A stretch of DNA of 24,000 bases from an uncultured Eubacteriales bacterium (GTDB lineage: Bacteria; Bacillota; Clostridia; Monoglobales; Monoglobaceae). The position numbers and the translations under genes were made by a program. Position 1 is the stretch's first letter. Each line of letters starts with the position of its first letter. Positions 1 through 8,607 of the stretch are shown here, in pieces. The notes beneath the pieces are model-generated. The model did not search any database, was not told the DNA's origin, and worked only from the letters and a program-made list of their open reading frames with translations. Location: positions 1 through 24,000 of the forward strand of contig CAJLFL010000001.1 in the NCBI GenBank assembly GCA_905205855.1, written 5' to 3'.

Positions 1-2
1 AT

Positions 3-482
3 CTGGAATTGCTCCCATTTGCAAAGGAGTGTAATGTAAAAATTGCAGCTGAAAATATGTGGAACTGGGATAGGGAGAAAGATGAAGCAGCTTCGGCGGC
101 TTGTTCCTCACCGGAAAGCTTTAATGCTCATCTTGACGCGGTAAATGATGAATATTTTTGCGCATGCCTTGATATTGGCCATGCCGAGATGAGGGGACTT
201 GGTACATCTGCCGAGGAGATGATACGCGCGCTTGGCGGCAGACTCGGAGCCCTGCACATTCATGATAATGACCGGTGGTATGATTCGCATCAGATTCCTT
301 TTTCAATGGATATTGATTTCAATAAGGTAGTATCTACGCTTAAAGCTGTTGGGTATAATGGATACTTCACACTTGAGGCAGATCAGTATCTTAATAATTA
401 TACTGAGGATAACATATATGACGGTATAAAAAATCTTGCAGCCTCAGCGAGGCGTCTTGCGGATATGTACGAAGTATTATAA
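3..482 (+). CDS. sugar phosphate isomerase/epimerase (xylose-isomerase-like TIM barrel), C-terminal part; 5' end is off-window
   Basis: The frame is open from the window edge (codon phase of nt 3) to TAA at 480-482. Motifs LDIGHAEM and HIHDND resemble the metal-site strands of AP-endonuclease-2/xylose-isomerase-like TIM barrels. The TTG at 9 in the ORF track is probably not the real start. Confidence 0.7.
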   Translation: MELLPFAKECNVKIAAENMWNWDREKDEAASAACSSPESFNAHLDAVNDEYFCACLDIGHAEMRGLGTSAEEMIRALGGRLGALHIHDNDRWYDSHQIPFSMDIDFNKVVSTLKAVGYNGYFTLEADQYLNNYTEDNIYDGIKNLAASARRLADMYEVL

Positions 483-510
483 AAAAGGCAGCCGTAAGGC
501 TGTCTTTTTT
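481..510. terminator. bidirectional rho-independent terminator between convergent genes
   Basis: A 9-bp stem (AAGGCAGCC / GGCTGTCTT, one G-U pair) with a GTAA loop. It is flanked by an A6 run upstream and a T6 run downstream, so it reads as hairpin plus U-tract on both strands. The T-run overlaps the TAA stop of the minus-strand gene. Confidence 0.7.
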
Positions 511-1219
511 ATAATATTCTTCCGTCTGTGCTTATGGTGATTACTTGCCACGGAATAAATTTTCCGCTGTTTTGCAACGCTGTTTTTGCAGCATATTCAA
601 GACCGCCGCAGCAAGGAACCTCCATTCTGACTATAGTAACGCTTTGAATGTCATTGATGCTTATTATTTCAGTCAGCTTGTCGCTGTAATCGGTCTCATC
701 AAGTTTTGGGCATCCGATAATGGTTATTTTATCTCTCATAAACTCATCATGCATATTTGCGTACGCATAAGCGGTGCAGTCTGCCGCTATAAGAAGCTTT
801 GCATTATTAAAATATGGTGCGTTTACCGGTACAAGCTTAATTTGACACGGCCATTGACCAAGCTGTGAAACAGATTTAAATTCGTTGAGATGTTGTTCCG
901 GTTCGACCCTGTGTTCTCTGTTGAATTTCATAAGCCGGTGTCCCGGACATCCGCCGTGATGCTGTGATTTTTCGGAATTAAGCTTCTTTTTATTTTCAAC
1001 AACAGCCTGCTCGTTGTACTCGGCTGCTTCTCTTTCTGTAAAAGAAATGGCGTTTACCGGACAGGCGGGCAAGCAGTCACCAAGACCGTCGCAATAATCA
1101 TCACGCAAAAGCTTAGCTTTTCCGTTTGACATTCCTATTGCACCTTCATGGCATGCCTCGACGCACGAGCCGCAGCCGTTACACTTTTCCTCATCAATAT
1201 GAATAATTTTACGAATCAT
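509..1219 (-). CDS. 4Fe-4S dicluster domain protein with a Cys-rich C-terminal domain
   Basis: N-terminal ferredoxin motifs CNGCGSCVEAC and CDGLGDCLPACP. The C-terminal half carries CPKLD and PCCGG cysteine motifs. RBS AAAGGTGG lies 7 nt upstream of the ATG at 1219. Confidence 0.8.
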   Translation of the reverse strand: MIRKIIHIDEEKCNGCGSCVEACHEGAIGMSNGKAKLLRDDYCDGLGDCLPACPVNAISFTEREAAEYNEQAVVENKKKLNSEKSQHHGGCPGHRLMKFNREHRVEPEQHLNEFKSVSQLGQWPCQIKLVPVNAPYFNNAKLLIAADCTAYAYANMHDEFMRDKITIIGCPKLDETDYSDKLTEIISINDIQSVTIVRMEVPCCGGLEYAAKTALQNSGKFIPWQVITISTDGRIL

Positions 1220-1291
1220 TTTTATACCACCTTTCTTCTGTGGATATTTTAGTATATATCCGAACAGAATTCGGTTGTTATAACAACAAAA

Positions 1292-1750
1292 CTAAATTTT
1301 TTTTATTTCTGCTCTTACTCTTCCGTCGTTTATTTCCAAAACGGCATAACTGCGAAAGCAGCTTCCGGGATTGAGAATAAGCATATCCTCGGTTTCTTCA
1401 AGGTAACTGGTATGTGTGTGTCCAAATATGCAAATATCGGCATTTGCCTCTTTGGCTGCAAGGATAAGTCTGTTAAGTGACAGTTTTACGCCGAACAAAT
1501 GTCCGTGCGTCAAAAAAATGCGCTTGCCGTCAAAGCTGAATATACGCTTATCAGGTACATCATGGACAAAATAATCATTGTTGCCAATAACATATGCACA
1601 TGGTATATTGCTCCATGCTGCCATAATATCATCAACATCCTGCTGAACATCTCCGGCGTGTATTATAAGGTCAATGTCAGACTCGTTTTCCATAGCGCGT
1701 GCAATTCCGCCAAAGTATCGGTGCGAATCACTTAATACCAGAGCCTTCAT
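1292..1750 (-). CDS. metallophosphoesterase, YfcE/MJ0936-like phosphodiesterase
   Basis: Calcineurin-like motif series LSDSH, HAGD, GNND, THGH, GHTH. I prefer the ATG at 1750 (MKALVLSDSH) because GAGGAG lies 5 nt upstream. The ORF-track extension to 1801 runs into the predicted promoter. Confidence 0.85.
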   Translation of the reverse strand: MKALVLSDSHRYFGGIARAMENESDIDLIIHAGDVQQDVDDIMAAWSNIPCAYVIGNNDYFVHDVPDKRIFSFDGKRIFLTHGHLFGVKLSLNRLILAAKEANADICIFGHTHTSYLEETEDMLILNPGSCFRSYAVLEINDGRVRAEIKKI

Positions 1751-1791
1751 TTTATCTCCTCTTTTCCTTTCGGGATTATTCCCTTTTGGAT

Positions 1792-1820
1792 AGTATAACA
1801 TAATTTCAAAAAATTGTCAC
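1792..1820 (-). promoter_or_regulatory. sigma-A type promoter for the metallophosphoesterase gene
   Basis: On the minus strand: -35 GTGACA (1820-1815), a 17-nt spacer, then an extended -10 TGT-TATACT (1800-1792). Confidence 0.55.
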
Positions 1821-1889
1821 TATTTTTATTTTTTTGCATAAATTATAATTAGGCAGAATTTCTTTTGCCCGGAAAGGCAGGTAATATAT

Positions 1890-2159
1890 ATGACTCTTGA
1901 TGACTTGATTAAAAATATGAATCCGCAGATGCTTTCCAATGCGATTTCACAAATGGGAAATATGCTGTCGCCGGAACAGATGCGAAAGGTTCAGCAAACA
2001 ATTCAAAACACGGATAAAGGGGAGCTTAATCAAAAGCTGAATCATCTCAGCACGGCTGATTTGCAAAAGGAATTAAGACAAAATCCGGCTTTGGCAAAAC
2101 AGCTTGCAAACAATCCTGAGCTTATGCAGAAAATAAATCAAATATTTAATAAGAAATAA
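1890..2159 (+). CDS. small hypothetical protein (89 aa), helical, Q/N/K-rich
   Basis: ATG-to-TAA ORF with no competing frame. A perfect TATAAT sits at 1844-1849 upstream, but the RBS is weak. The protein contains tandem NPxLxxQ-like motifs (NPALAKQLANNPELMQKINQ). I recognise no family. Confidence 0.6.
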   Translation: MTLDDLIKNMNPQMLSNAISQMGNMLSPEQMRKVQQTIQNTDKGELNQKLNHLSTADLQKELRQNPALAKQLANNPELMQKINQIFNKK

Positions 2160-2183
2160 CCGGCATTGACAGGAGGGATAGGC

Positions 2184-2543
2184 ATGGAAAATGAAGGCAT
2201 GGATTTGTCCGGTGCGGTGGATATGCTGAAAGAGATGCTGTCCGGTGATGAGGGCAAGCAGCAGCTGCAAAATATCATGAATATGTTTAGCGGGGCAGTG
2301 CCGGAGGGCGGCGAACCCGGTTCTGCAACCGGGGGAATTGATGCTGATAATATTGAAATGCTTATGCGGCTTCAGCAAGCTATGTCAATCGCAAACAGCC
2401 GTAAAAACAGCAGTCAGTCAAGGCTGCTGACAGCACTGAAACCGTTTTTAAAGCCCTCCAGACAGGAAAAGGTCGATAACGCCGTGCGAATGCTTAGTCT
2501 GAGCGGTGTTATAGAGGCAATGCGAGAGGTAAAAGGTGATTAG
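2184..2543 (+). CDS. small hypothetical protein (about 119 aa)
   Basis: The ATG at 2184 is preceded by AGGAGGG with 6-nt spacing, so the ORF-track TTG at 2166 is unlikely. The gene starts 25 nt after the previous stop. The protein is acidic and Gly-rich at the N-terminus, with a conserved-looking C-terminus LLTALKPFLKPSRQEKVDNAVRML. Confidence 0.6.
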   Translation: MENEGMDLSGAVDMLKEMLSGDEGKQQLQNIMNMFSGAVPEGGEPGSATGGIDADNIEMLMRLQQAMSIANSRKNSSQSRLLTALKPFLKPSRQEKVDNAVRMLSLSGVIEAMREVKGD

Positions 2544-2545
2544 GT

Positions 2546-2962
2546 ATGTATCGGCGCTATGCTCCAAAGCAGGTCAATACAAAAACTCAAACAGAAACGC
2601 CGCGCAGAACTGAAACCAAAAACACGGACTGTCGGCAGCCGGGAAATAACGGTATACATAACAGCTGTCAGCCCTTGCCGAAAAGCAGCGGCAAGCAAAA
2701 CTGCAGTCATAATCAGAAGCCTGCCGGTGCGGCAAAATCAAAGCAAGACAAAAAAACGTCCCGAAATCCGGTTTCGGGGCTTATTCCGCCTGCACTTTAC
2801 AATCCGGAAACAAAAAAGGTTTTGGGGATGTTTTCGGCAGAAGATTTGCTGCTTGCGGCACTGATTATTATTCTGCTCGATAATGACGATAATGATGATC
2901 CTATGCTTATATATGCACTTATATACATATTGATTTCAGATTATGTTGATTTGCCGTTTTAG
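2546..2962 (+). CDS. small hypothetical protein (138 aa): basic disordered N-terminus, hydrophobic/acidic C-terminal tail
   Basis: The ATG lies 2 nt after the previous TAG, with AAAGGTGA upstream. The C-terminus LLLAALIIILLDNDDNDDPMLIYALIYILISDYV looks like two short hydrophobic segments split by an acidic patch. The alternative frame 2559-2864 is highly basic and lacks an RBS. Confidence 0.55.
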   Translation: MYRRYAPKQVNTKTQTETPRRTETKNTDCRQPGNNGIHNSCQPLPKSSGKQNCSHNQKPAGAAKSKQDKKTSRNPVSGLIPPALYNPETKKVLGMFSAEDLLLAALIIILLDNDDNDDPMLIYALIYILISDYVDLPF

Positions 2963-2965
2963 AAA

Positions 2966-3024
2966 TAATAAACCGCAATGTAAATCGGTTCAGAACCTGA
3001 TTTTGCATTGCGGTTTTAGTTTTT
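2966..3024. terminator. bidirectional rho-independent terminator
   Basis: An 11-bp perfect outer stem (AAACCGCAATG 2970-2980 / CATTGCGGTTT 3006-3016) with further inner pairing. T-rich tracts follow on both strands. It lies between convergent genes. Confidence 0.75.
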
Positions 3025-3047
3025 CGGCTTAATTTTTTACAAGACCA

Positions 3048-4739
3048 TTATTCATATTTTGCCTTATCATTATCTCTGATTTCGCTGCGGCGGATTTTTC
3101 CGCTGAAAGTCTTGGGCAGCTCGGTCACATACTCGATAATTCTCGGATATTTATATGGCGCGGTATTTTTCTTGACATATGTCTGCAGCTCTTTTGTAAG
3201 TTCATCGGTGCCTTCATAGCCGCTGCTTAATACAATAGTTGCCTTTACCACAAAACCGCGGATTTTATCCGGAACGCCCGTTACGGCAACCTCCATTACA
3301 GCCGGATGCTCCAGCAGTACGCTTTCAATCTCAAACGGGCCTATACGATAGCCGGAGGATTTGATGACGTCATCATTTCTGCCGACATATCTGAACATAC
3401 CTTTTTCATCCCTGTATGCAGTGTCACCGGTGTGATAAAAACCGCCGTGCATTGCTTTTTTTGTTTCCTCAATGCTAAGGTTATATCCGTCCATCAAACC
3501 GCATGACTTTCTGTCCGCACTGAGAACTCTTATACAGATTTCACCGGTTGTACCGCGCTGACAGGATTGGTCGTTCTCGTCAAGGATATGCACATCAAAG
3601 CCGGGAACGGGAAAACCGATTGCCCCAGGAACAGGCTCTGTCCAGGGTTTAATCGTTGCTATACATACGGTTGTTTCCGTCTGACCGAAGCCCTCGTATA
3701 TTTTAAGTCCGGTTGCGTCATACCATTTATTGAATATTTCCGGATTGAGTGCTTCGCCTGCAGTACAGCAATGCGTCAGTGACGAAAGGTCATATTTTGT
3801 TACATCCTCCTGCAGAAGAAGTCTGTACATGGTCGGAGGTACGCAGAATGTTGTAATTTTATACTTTTCAAGCTTGCCTAAAATATCTGCTGCATCAAAT
3901 TTTCTGAAATCATATACGAATACGGCAGATTCGCCGAACCACTGACCGTACAGCTTGCCCCAAAGGGATTTAAGCCATCCGGTGTCCGATATGGTAAGGT
4001 GCAGACCTCCGTCTATAACTCTGTGCCAGAAAACACCTGTCATAATATGTCCGAGCGGATACTTAAAGTTGTGTGAAATGATTTTCGGATAGCCGGTCGT
4101 GCCGGAGGAGAATGATATAAGCATGGTATCATCTGCCATCGGTGCGTTTTCGCCGGTCGGTCTTTGCCAATCGGAATTTGCCATATCATAGCCGGTTTCA
4201 AAATCAATCCAGTCCGGTCCTGCGTTTTTGTGACCGATCACAAATTTAAGTTCAACGGTTTTGTATTGATCGCCGCCTTCGTCAAAATATTCTGTTTCCT
4301 GTCCGTCACCGGTCATTACAACAGCCTTTATGTCAGCCGCATTACAGCGGTAAACATAGTCCTTTGCTTTAAGCATATTTGTTGCCTGAATTGCGATTGC
4401 GCCAATTTTGTGCAGTGCCAGGATGCAAACCCAAAAGAAATAGCTGCGCTTTAAAACCAATAAGACGCGGTCGCCCTTGCGGATTCCCATGTACTTAAAA
4501 TAGTTTGCCGCTTTGTTGGAGCAAAGCATCATATCCTTGAATGTAAAGCGCTTTTCTTCACCGTCAGCCGATACCCAAAGCATAGCAAGCTTATCGGGCT
4601 TGGTTTTGCCAAGCTCGTCAACAACATCATATGCAAAGTTAAAGGTATCGTCATATGTTAATTTATAGTTTTTCTGGGCGTCCTCTAAAGAGAAAAAGTC
4701 ATCTCTTTTGGCGCCGACGAATTTTTCATAGATTGTCAT
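3048..4739 (-). CDS. AMP-forming acyl-CoA synthetase/ligase (ACSM/MACS-like medium/short-chain type)
   Basis: ANL-superfamily motifs SSGTTGYPK, YHTGD, GRNDDVIKSSGYRIGPFEIE and a C-terminal SGKIRR. RBS GGAGGGG lies 7 nt upstream of the ATG at 4739. Last gene of the minus-strand operon. Confidence 0.9.
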   Translation of the reverse strand: MTIYEKFVGAKRDDFFSLEDAQKNYKLTYDDTFNFAYDVVDELGKTKPDKLAMLWVSADGEEKRFTFKDMMLCSNKAANYFKYMGIRKGDRVLLVLKRSYFFWVCILALHKIGAIAIQATNMLKAKDYVYRCNAADIKAVVMTGDGQETEYFDEGGDQYKTVELKFVIGHKNAGPDWIDFETGYDMANSDWQRPTGENAPMADDTMLISFSSGTTGYPKIISHNFKYPLGHIMTGVFWHRVIDGGLHLTISDTGWLKSLWGKLYGQWFGESAVFVYDFRKFDAADILGKLEKYKITTFCVPPTMYRLLLQEDVTKYDLSSLTHCCTAGEALNPEIFNKWYDATGLKIYEGFGQTETTVCIATIKPWTEPVPGAIGFPVPGFDVHILDENDQSCQRGTTGEICIRVLSADRKSCGLMDGYNLSIEETKKAMHGGFYHTGDTAYRDEKGMFRYVGRNDDVIKSSGYRIGPFEIESVLLEHPAVMEVAVTGVPDKIRGFVVKATIVLSSGYEGTDELTKELQTYVKKNTAPYKYPRIIEYVTELPKTFSGKIRRSEIRDNDKAKYE

Positions 4740-4827
4740 TTTGTTTCCCCTCCGCTGATTATTTGATTACTACGGCAATAAACTGAGCCTGTTCATCGCC
4801 CATAGCGACTTCGGCATGAGGTATACC

Positions 4828-5310
4828 CTAATCAAAGTATACGCTGTCACCCTCTGAAAGCTCATAGGATATGTCGCCTATGTAGAACTTCATTTTGCCT
4901 GACAAGAGGTAGTTAAACTCCTGACCGTCATGACATTTCATGACCGGTGCTTTACCATCGGGGGTAATGGTAACCAAAAACGGTTCTGCTTTTTTATTGC
5001 GGAAGGTGTATGCAAGGTGTTTATAATCATATTCGTGTGCGCGCTTTACCGAATATCCGTTGCCCTTTTTTACGGCGCAGCACATAGAAAGAGTAGGAGC
5101 GTTTCCGCTTATCAAATCAAGTACATCAACACCCAAAATGTCCGCCGCATTGTATATAAAGCTGAATGAAAAATCCATATCGCCTTTTTCATAAGAAATA
5201 TAGGTTGCTTCATCTATATTAAGCTTTTCTGCCATCTCTGCGGTCGAAAGATCCATGTCCTCACGCAGAAAGGCAAGACGCATACCAATATCCTTTATTT
5301 GTTCATTCAT
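4828..5310 (-). CDS. XRE-family HTH + cupin transcriptional regulator, ended early by an in-frame TAG (family-like frame continues to 4759)
   Basis: N-terminal HTH (LSTAEMAEKLNIDEATYISYEKG) followed by a cupin barrel ending in EGDSVYFD. The same frame after TAG (4828-4830) reads GIPHAEVAMGDEQAQFIAVVIK then TAA at 4759-4761. RBS AAGGAGG is embedded in the last codons of the upstream gene. Confidence 0.8.
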   Translation of the reverse strand: MNEQIKDIGMRLAFLREDMDLSTAEMAEKLNIDEATYISYEKGDMDFSFSFIYNAADILGVDVLDLISGNAPTLSMCCAVKKGNGYSVKRAHEYDYKHLAYTFRNKKAEPFLVTITPDGKAPVMKCHDGQEFNYLLSGKMKFYIGDISYELSEGDSVYFD

Positions 5311-5313
5311 GGG

Positions 5314-5853
5314 TTAGTCCTCCTTATATTCATATCCGGTTTTTATTGCTTTAAGGTTTGGCTCAAGCAGATGCTGCTTTCTTGCAGGAACAAGCTTTGC
5401 CATAGCCTTTTCGGCTGCCTCATAAGACAAAATGTCAGAGTGCTTCAGCATAAGACCTATCATTATCATGTTGGCAAGCCCGTTTAAATCCATATCTGAG
5501 GAAAGTTTGGTTGCCGGGATATAATAGGTGTTTATATCAGTGCGCTTAACTTTTTTGGAAATCAAAGAGCTGTCGGCAAAAATCATTCCGCCGGGCGTAA
5601 CAGCGTCCTCGTATTTGTCAAGCGACGGGGCATTCATGGCGATAAGTATATCAGGTGCATCAACAATAGGCGAGCCTATCTGTGTATCGCCGAGGATAAT
5701 GCTGCAGTTTGCTGTTCCGCCGCGCATTTCCGGCCCGTATGACGGAAGCCAGCTGACCTCCATATCGTTAAGCATACCGCCGTATGCAAGCAGCTTGCCG
5801 GCAAACAGTATTCCCTGTCCGCCAAAGCCGGCAATCAGAATTTGTTTATTCAT
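5314..5853 (-). CDS. 2-oxoacid:ferredoxin oxidoreductase, gamma subunit
   Basis: The protein starts [20 protein letters not shown], the typical gamma-subunit GGQG motif. The ATG at 5853 overlaps the beta-subunit stop by 8 nt. The longer ORF-track start at 5898 would sit deep inside the beta gene. Confidence 0.85.
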   Translation of the reverse strand: MNKQILIAGFGGQGILFAGKLLAYGGMLNDMEVSWLPSYGPEMRGGTANCSIILGDTQIGSPIVDAPDILIAMNAPSLDKYEDAVTPGGMIFADSSLISKKVKRTDINTYYIPATKLSSDMDLNGLANMIMIGLMLKHSDILSYEAAEKAMAKLVPARKQHLLEPNLKAIKTGYEYKED

Positions 5854-6607
5854 TTTTATCACCGGTCCCCTCTGCTGTTTTATCCTTAAATACGCCAAGA
5901 GGATAATATGGTATCATTTCATTTTCAAGTCTGTCAAGCGCCCCTTGCGGAGTCATACCCCAGTTGGTCGGACAGGTGGAAAGCACTTCTACCAAAGAAA
6001 ATCCCTTGCCCTCAATCTGATTTTGAAATGCCTTCTTTATTGCTGCTTTGGCGTTTCTTACATTTTTAACATTGTTTACGGCAACTCTTTCAAGATAAGC
6101 CGCACCGTCTACCTGCGACAGAAGTTCGCAGGCCTTTACGGGATAACCTACCAGATTTACATCTCTGCCGTATGGCGAGGTTTGAGTGACCTGTCCGGGC
6201 AGAGTGGTGGGCGCCATCTGACCGCCCGTCATACCGTAAATTGTGTTGTTTACAAAGATAATTGTAATATTTTCGCCTCTGGCTGCCGAATGTACGGTTT
6301 CTGCTGTACCGATTGCGGCAAGGTCGCCGTCACCCTGATATGTAAAAACGATTTTGTCTGCATCGGAGCGTTTTACTCCGGTTGCAACAGCCGGCGCTCT
6401 GCCGTGCGCTGCCTGAACCATATCAACATTAAAGTAATTGTATGCAAATACAGAGCATCCGACCGAGGCAACGCCTATTGTCCGTCCGCGCACGCCAAGT
6501 TCGTCAATAACCTCTGCAACCAAACGGTGAATAATTCCGTGGGTACAGCCCGGACAGTAATGCAGAACTGCATCGGTCAGCGCCTGTGGTTTTTCAAATA
6601 CTTTCAT
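5846..6607 (-). CDS. 2-oxoacid:ferredoxin oxidoreductase, beta (TPP-binding) subunit
   Basis: N-terminal CPGCTHG cluster motif and a TPP-binding GDGD...NN motif ([11 protein letters not shown]...[13 protein letters not shown]). It has an ATGA start/stop overlap with the alpha gene. Confidence 0.9.
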   Translation of the reverse strand: MKVFEKPQALTDAVLHYCPGCTHGIIHRLVAEVIDELGVRGRTIGVASVGCSVFAYNYFNVDMVQAAHGRAPAVATGVKRSDADKIVFTYQGDGDLAAIGTAETVHSAARGENITIIFVNNTIYGMTGGQMAPTTLPGQVTQTSPYGRDVNLVGYPVKACELLSQVDGAAYLERVAVNNVKNVRNAKAAIKKAFQNQIEGKGFSLVEVLSTCPTNWGMTPQGALDRLENEMIPYYPLGVFKDKTAEGTGDKNE

Positions 6608-7677
6608 TTGTCAGCACCTCCGATTTTTGCCGCTTCGGCAATTTTATCAAGAACATTTTCGGTTGTGGGAATCATGCCGCCTGTTCTGCTGCACAGCAAT
6701 ACCGGCTTTTTGCAGCGTGTACTGAGTTCAATGTCCTCCAGCATCTGTCCCATATTAAGTTCAACGGAGATAAAGGCATTTACCTTATCTGCAGCTTTGT
6801 TTAAAACGTCCTTCGGGAACGGCCAAAGTGTAAGCGGACGTATCATTCCGACCTTTATGCCGTTTTCACGTGCTTTATCTATGGCGTTCTGCGAAACTCT
6901 TGCCGCTATACCGAATGCAACTATACAGATTTCGGCATCCTCCATACGATATTCGTCGTACATAACCTCGTTTTCCTCAACAACCTTATAGCGTTTAAAG
7001 CGTTCAATATTGAATACTTCAAGCTCATCCGGCTTCAGGAAAAGGGAGTTTACGATATTAGGCTCTCTTTTGCAGTCCGTTCCGGTCAGCGCCCAGGGCT
7101 TATCGTACTTGTTTACGCCGCTTTCGTCAAGGTAAACAGGCTCCATCATCTGTCCCATTGTGCCGTCTGCCAAAAGCATGACCGGCATTCTGTATTTGTC
7201 TGCGAGGTCAAAGCCTTTTTTGGTTAAATCAACCATTTCCTGAACAGAGGAGGGGGCAAGCACTATCAGATGATAGTCACCGTGACCGCCGCCCTTGGTT
7301 GCCTGAAAATAATCCGACTGTGACGGCTGAATTCCGCCAAGTCCGGGACCGCCGCGCTGAACGTTTACGATAAGTGCGGGCAAATCACAGGCGGCAAGAT
7401 AGGAAATACCCTCGCTTTTAAGTGATATTCCCGGACTTGAAGATGACGTCATAACGCGCTTGCCGGTAGAGGCAACGCCGATAACCATATTTATTGCCGC
7501 AATTTCGCTTTCCGCCTGCAGAAATACTCCGCCGTCTATTTTCGGCAGTCTTTTTGACATATACGCCGCAACCTCTGTCTGCGGTGTGATGGGATAACCG
7601 AAGTAATGCAGACATCCGGCTTTGATTGCCGCTTCTGCCATTGCTTCGTTGCCCTTCATTAAAACTTTCTCGCTCAT
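6604..7677 (-). CDS. vorB: 2-oxoacid:ferredoxin oxidoreductase, alpha-type subunit (VOR-like; the type annotated as 3-methyl-2-oxobutanoate dehydrogenase subunit VorB)
   Basis: N-terminus [30 protein letters not shown] is characteristic of the ~350-aa subunit of four-subunit OFORs. RBS GGGAGGA is upstream. The symbol is tentative: substrate specificity (vor vs por/kor/ior) cannot be read from the sequence. Confidence 0.85.
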   Translation of the reverse strand: MSEKVLMKGNEAMAEAAIKAGCLHYFGYPITPQTEVAAYMSKRLPKIDGGVFLQAESEIAAINMVIGVASTGKRVMTSSSSPGISLKSEGISYLAACDLPALIVNVQRGGPGLGGIQPSQSDYFQATKGGGHGDYHLIVLAPSSVQEMVDLTKKGFDLADKYRMPVMLLADGTMGQMMEPVYLDESGVNKYDKPWALTGTDCKREPNIVNSLFLKPDELEVFNIERFKRYKVVEENEVMYDEYRMEDAEICIVAFGIAARVSQNAIDKARENGIKVGMIRPLTLWPFPKDVLNKAADKVNAFISVELNMGQMLEDIELSTRCKKPVLLCSRTGGMIPTTENVLDKIAEAAKIGGADK

Positions 7678-7700
7678 TGTATCAATCCTCCCTTTTTATA

Positions 7701-7904
7701 CTATCTTTCAACGGTTATAACGCAGTCGGGACACATGGTTGCACAAAAGGCACAGCCGATACATGCTGCCATATCCGTTACACCGGCAGGATGATAACCC
7801 TTTGGATTAAGCTCGTCTTTCAAAGCTACTATTTTTTTTGGACAGGCGCCTACGCAAAGACCGCAGCCTTTGCACAGACTCTCGTTAAAGCTTACTTTTG
7901 CCAT
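7701..7904 (-). CDS. 2-oxoacid:ferredoxin oxidoreductase delta subunit (2x[4Fe-4S] ferredoxin, 67 aa)
   Basis: Two CxxCxxCxxxCP motifs (CKGCGLCVGACP, CIGCAFCATMCP). The ATG at 7904 has a GGAGG RBS. The ORF-track start at 7979 overlaps the upstream gene and lacks an RBS. Confidence 0.8.
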   Translation of the reverse strand: MAKVSFNESLCKGCGLCVGACPKKIVALKDELNPKGYHPAGVTDMAACIGCAFCATMCPDCVITVER

Positions 7905-7923
7905 TTTTACCTCCGTTCTGCCA

Positions 7924-8607
7924 TCAGCTTTTTTGCCATGCCTGTCTGACATAGATTCTGATGGGCATAAGATTTTCAATCTTGTCTTTCAATTCCGGTT
8001 CAAGGTCGTGCCGCAGTGTTGTCATTTTAAGTTCAAGTCCCGACAGCCGTGCCACCTCTTTGGCATAGCTGACTGAGTCCGAAACATCCGCGGCAGAGGT
8101 TTCATCGCCTAAGTTTGAATTATTTATAATTCCTGTAAATCTAAGCTCGGTCGAAGCCTGGATTTCATTCATTATTTCTATTGCTTCGTTCGGATGCTTG
8201 GTCAGATAACGATATTTGTTGATTACAAAAAACATATCGTAGTCGCCTTGCTTTATAATGTCGGGCGAATATCTCCCTAAAGCCAAAGCGCCGCGGTCAT
8301 CCCCGCCGACATCAATTATCGCATGGACAGAATCGTCATGTATGACGGAATATGCCTCCGCAGGAAGCGCCGGCGTATCAACATTGGTGTCGGCGTAGGG
8401 CGAGGCAATAAGCCTTACCCCGCTTTCCGACAATAGCTTTGCAGCGTCTTTGGTTCTGAAATACGGATTAACTATATCCAAATCGGCAATGGCTGTTTTG
8501 ATGCCGCTTGCCGCCGCATTTATGGCATAGTTTATTGCAATATTCGTTTTTCCGCTGCCGTAGTGACCGGCAAATACGGTTATACGTTTTAGATTTCCAT
8601 TGTCCAT
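7924..8607 (-). CDS. P-loop NTPase of the MinD/ParA/CooC-like (SIMIBI) type, function unknown
   Basis: Deviant Walker A GHYGSGKTN, DLDIVNP, and a Walker-B-like IIDVGGDD. The protein has no cysteine. I prefer the start at 8607 (AGAGGA upstream); the alternative ATG at 8634 has no RBS. Either start overlaps the ilvE 3' end. Confidence 0.7.
   Translation of the reverse strand: MDNGNLKRITVFAGHYGSGKTNIAINYAINAAASGIKTAIADLDIVNPYFRTKDAAKLLSESGVRLIASPYADTNVDTPALPAEAYSVIHDDSVHAIIDVGGDDRGALALGRYSPDIIKQGDYDMFFVINKYRYLTKHPNEAIEIMNEIQASTELRFTGIINNSNLGDETSAADVSDSVSYAKEVARLSGLELKMTTLRHDLEPELKDKIENLMPIRIYVRQAWQKS

Noticed and set aside
1751-1801. N-terminal extensions given by the ORF track for 1292-1801. 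The same issue applies to 5314-5898, 7701-7979 and 2166-2543.
   Set aside because: Internal ATGs at 1750, 5853, 7904 and 2184 have good RBSs and match the family N-termini. The extensions overlap upstream genes or a promoter.
2559-2864. An alternative 101-aa frame inside the third small gene.
   Set aside because: The product is extremely basic and arginine/lysine-rich, and there is no RBS. The 2546 frame has an RBS, is tightly coupled to the upstream stop, and has a membrane-like tail.
4828-4830. The TAG in the regulator read as pyrrolysine or as genome-wide stop-codon reassignment.
   Set aside because: TAG ends at least five other well-supported genes in this window at their expected C-termini. 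No pyl genes are visible. A point mutation or sequencing error is the simpler explanation.
5528-6991. A 487-aa ORF on the plus strand spanning the OFOR gamma, beta and alpha genes.
   Set aside because: It lies antisense to three genes with clear family motifs and translational coupling. Its product is low-complexity (S/C/I/F-rich) with no recognisable motif, and there is no RBS. It is a shadow ORF, although its length is notable.
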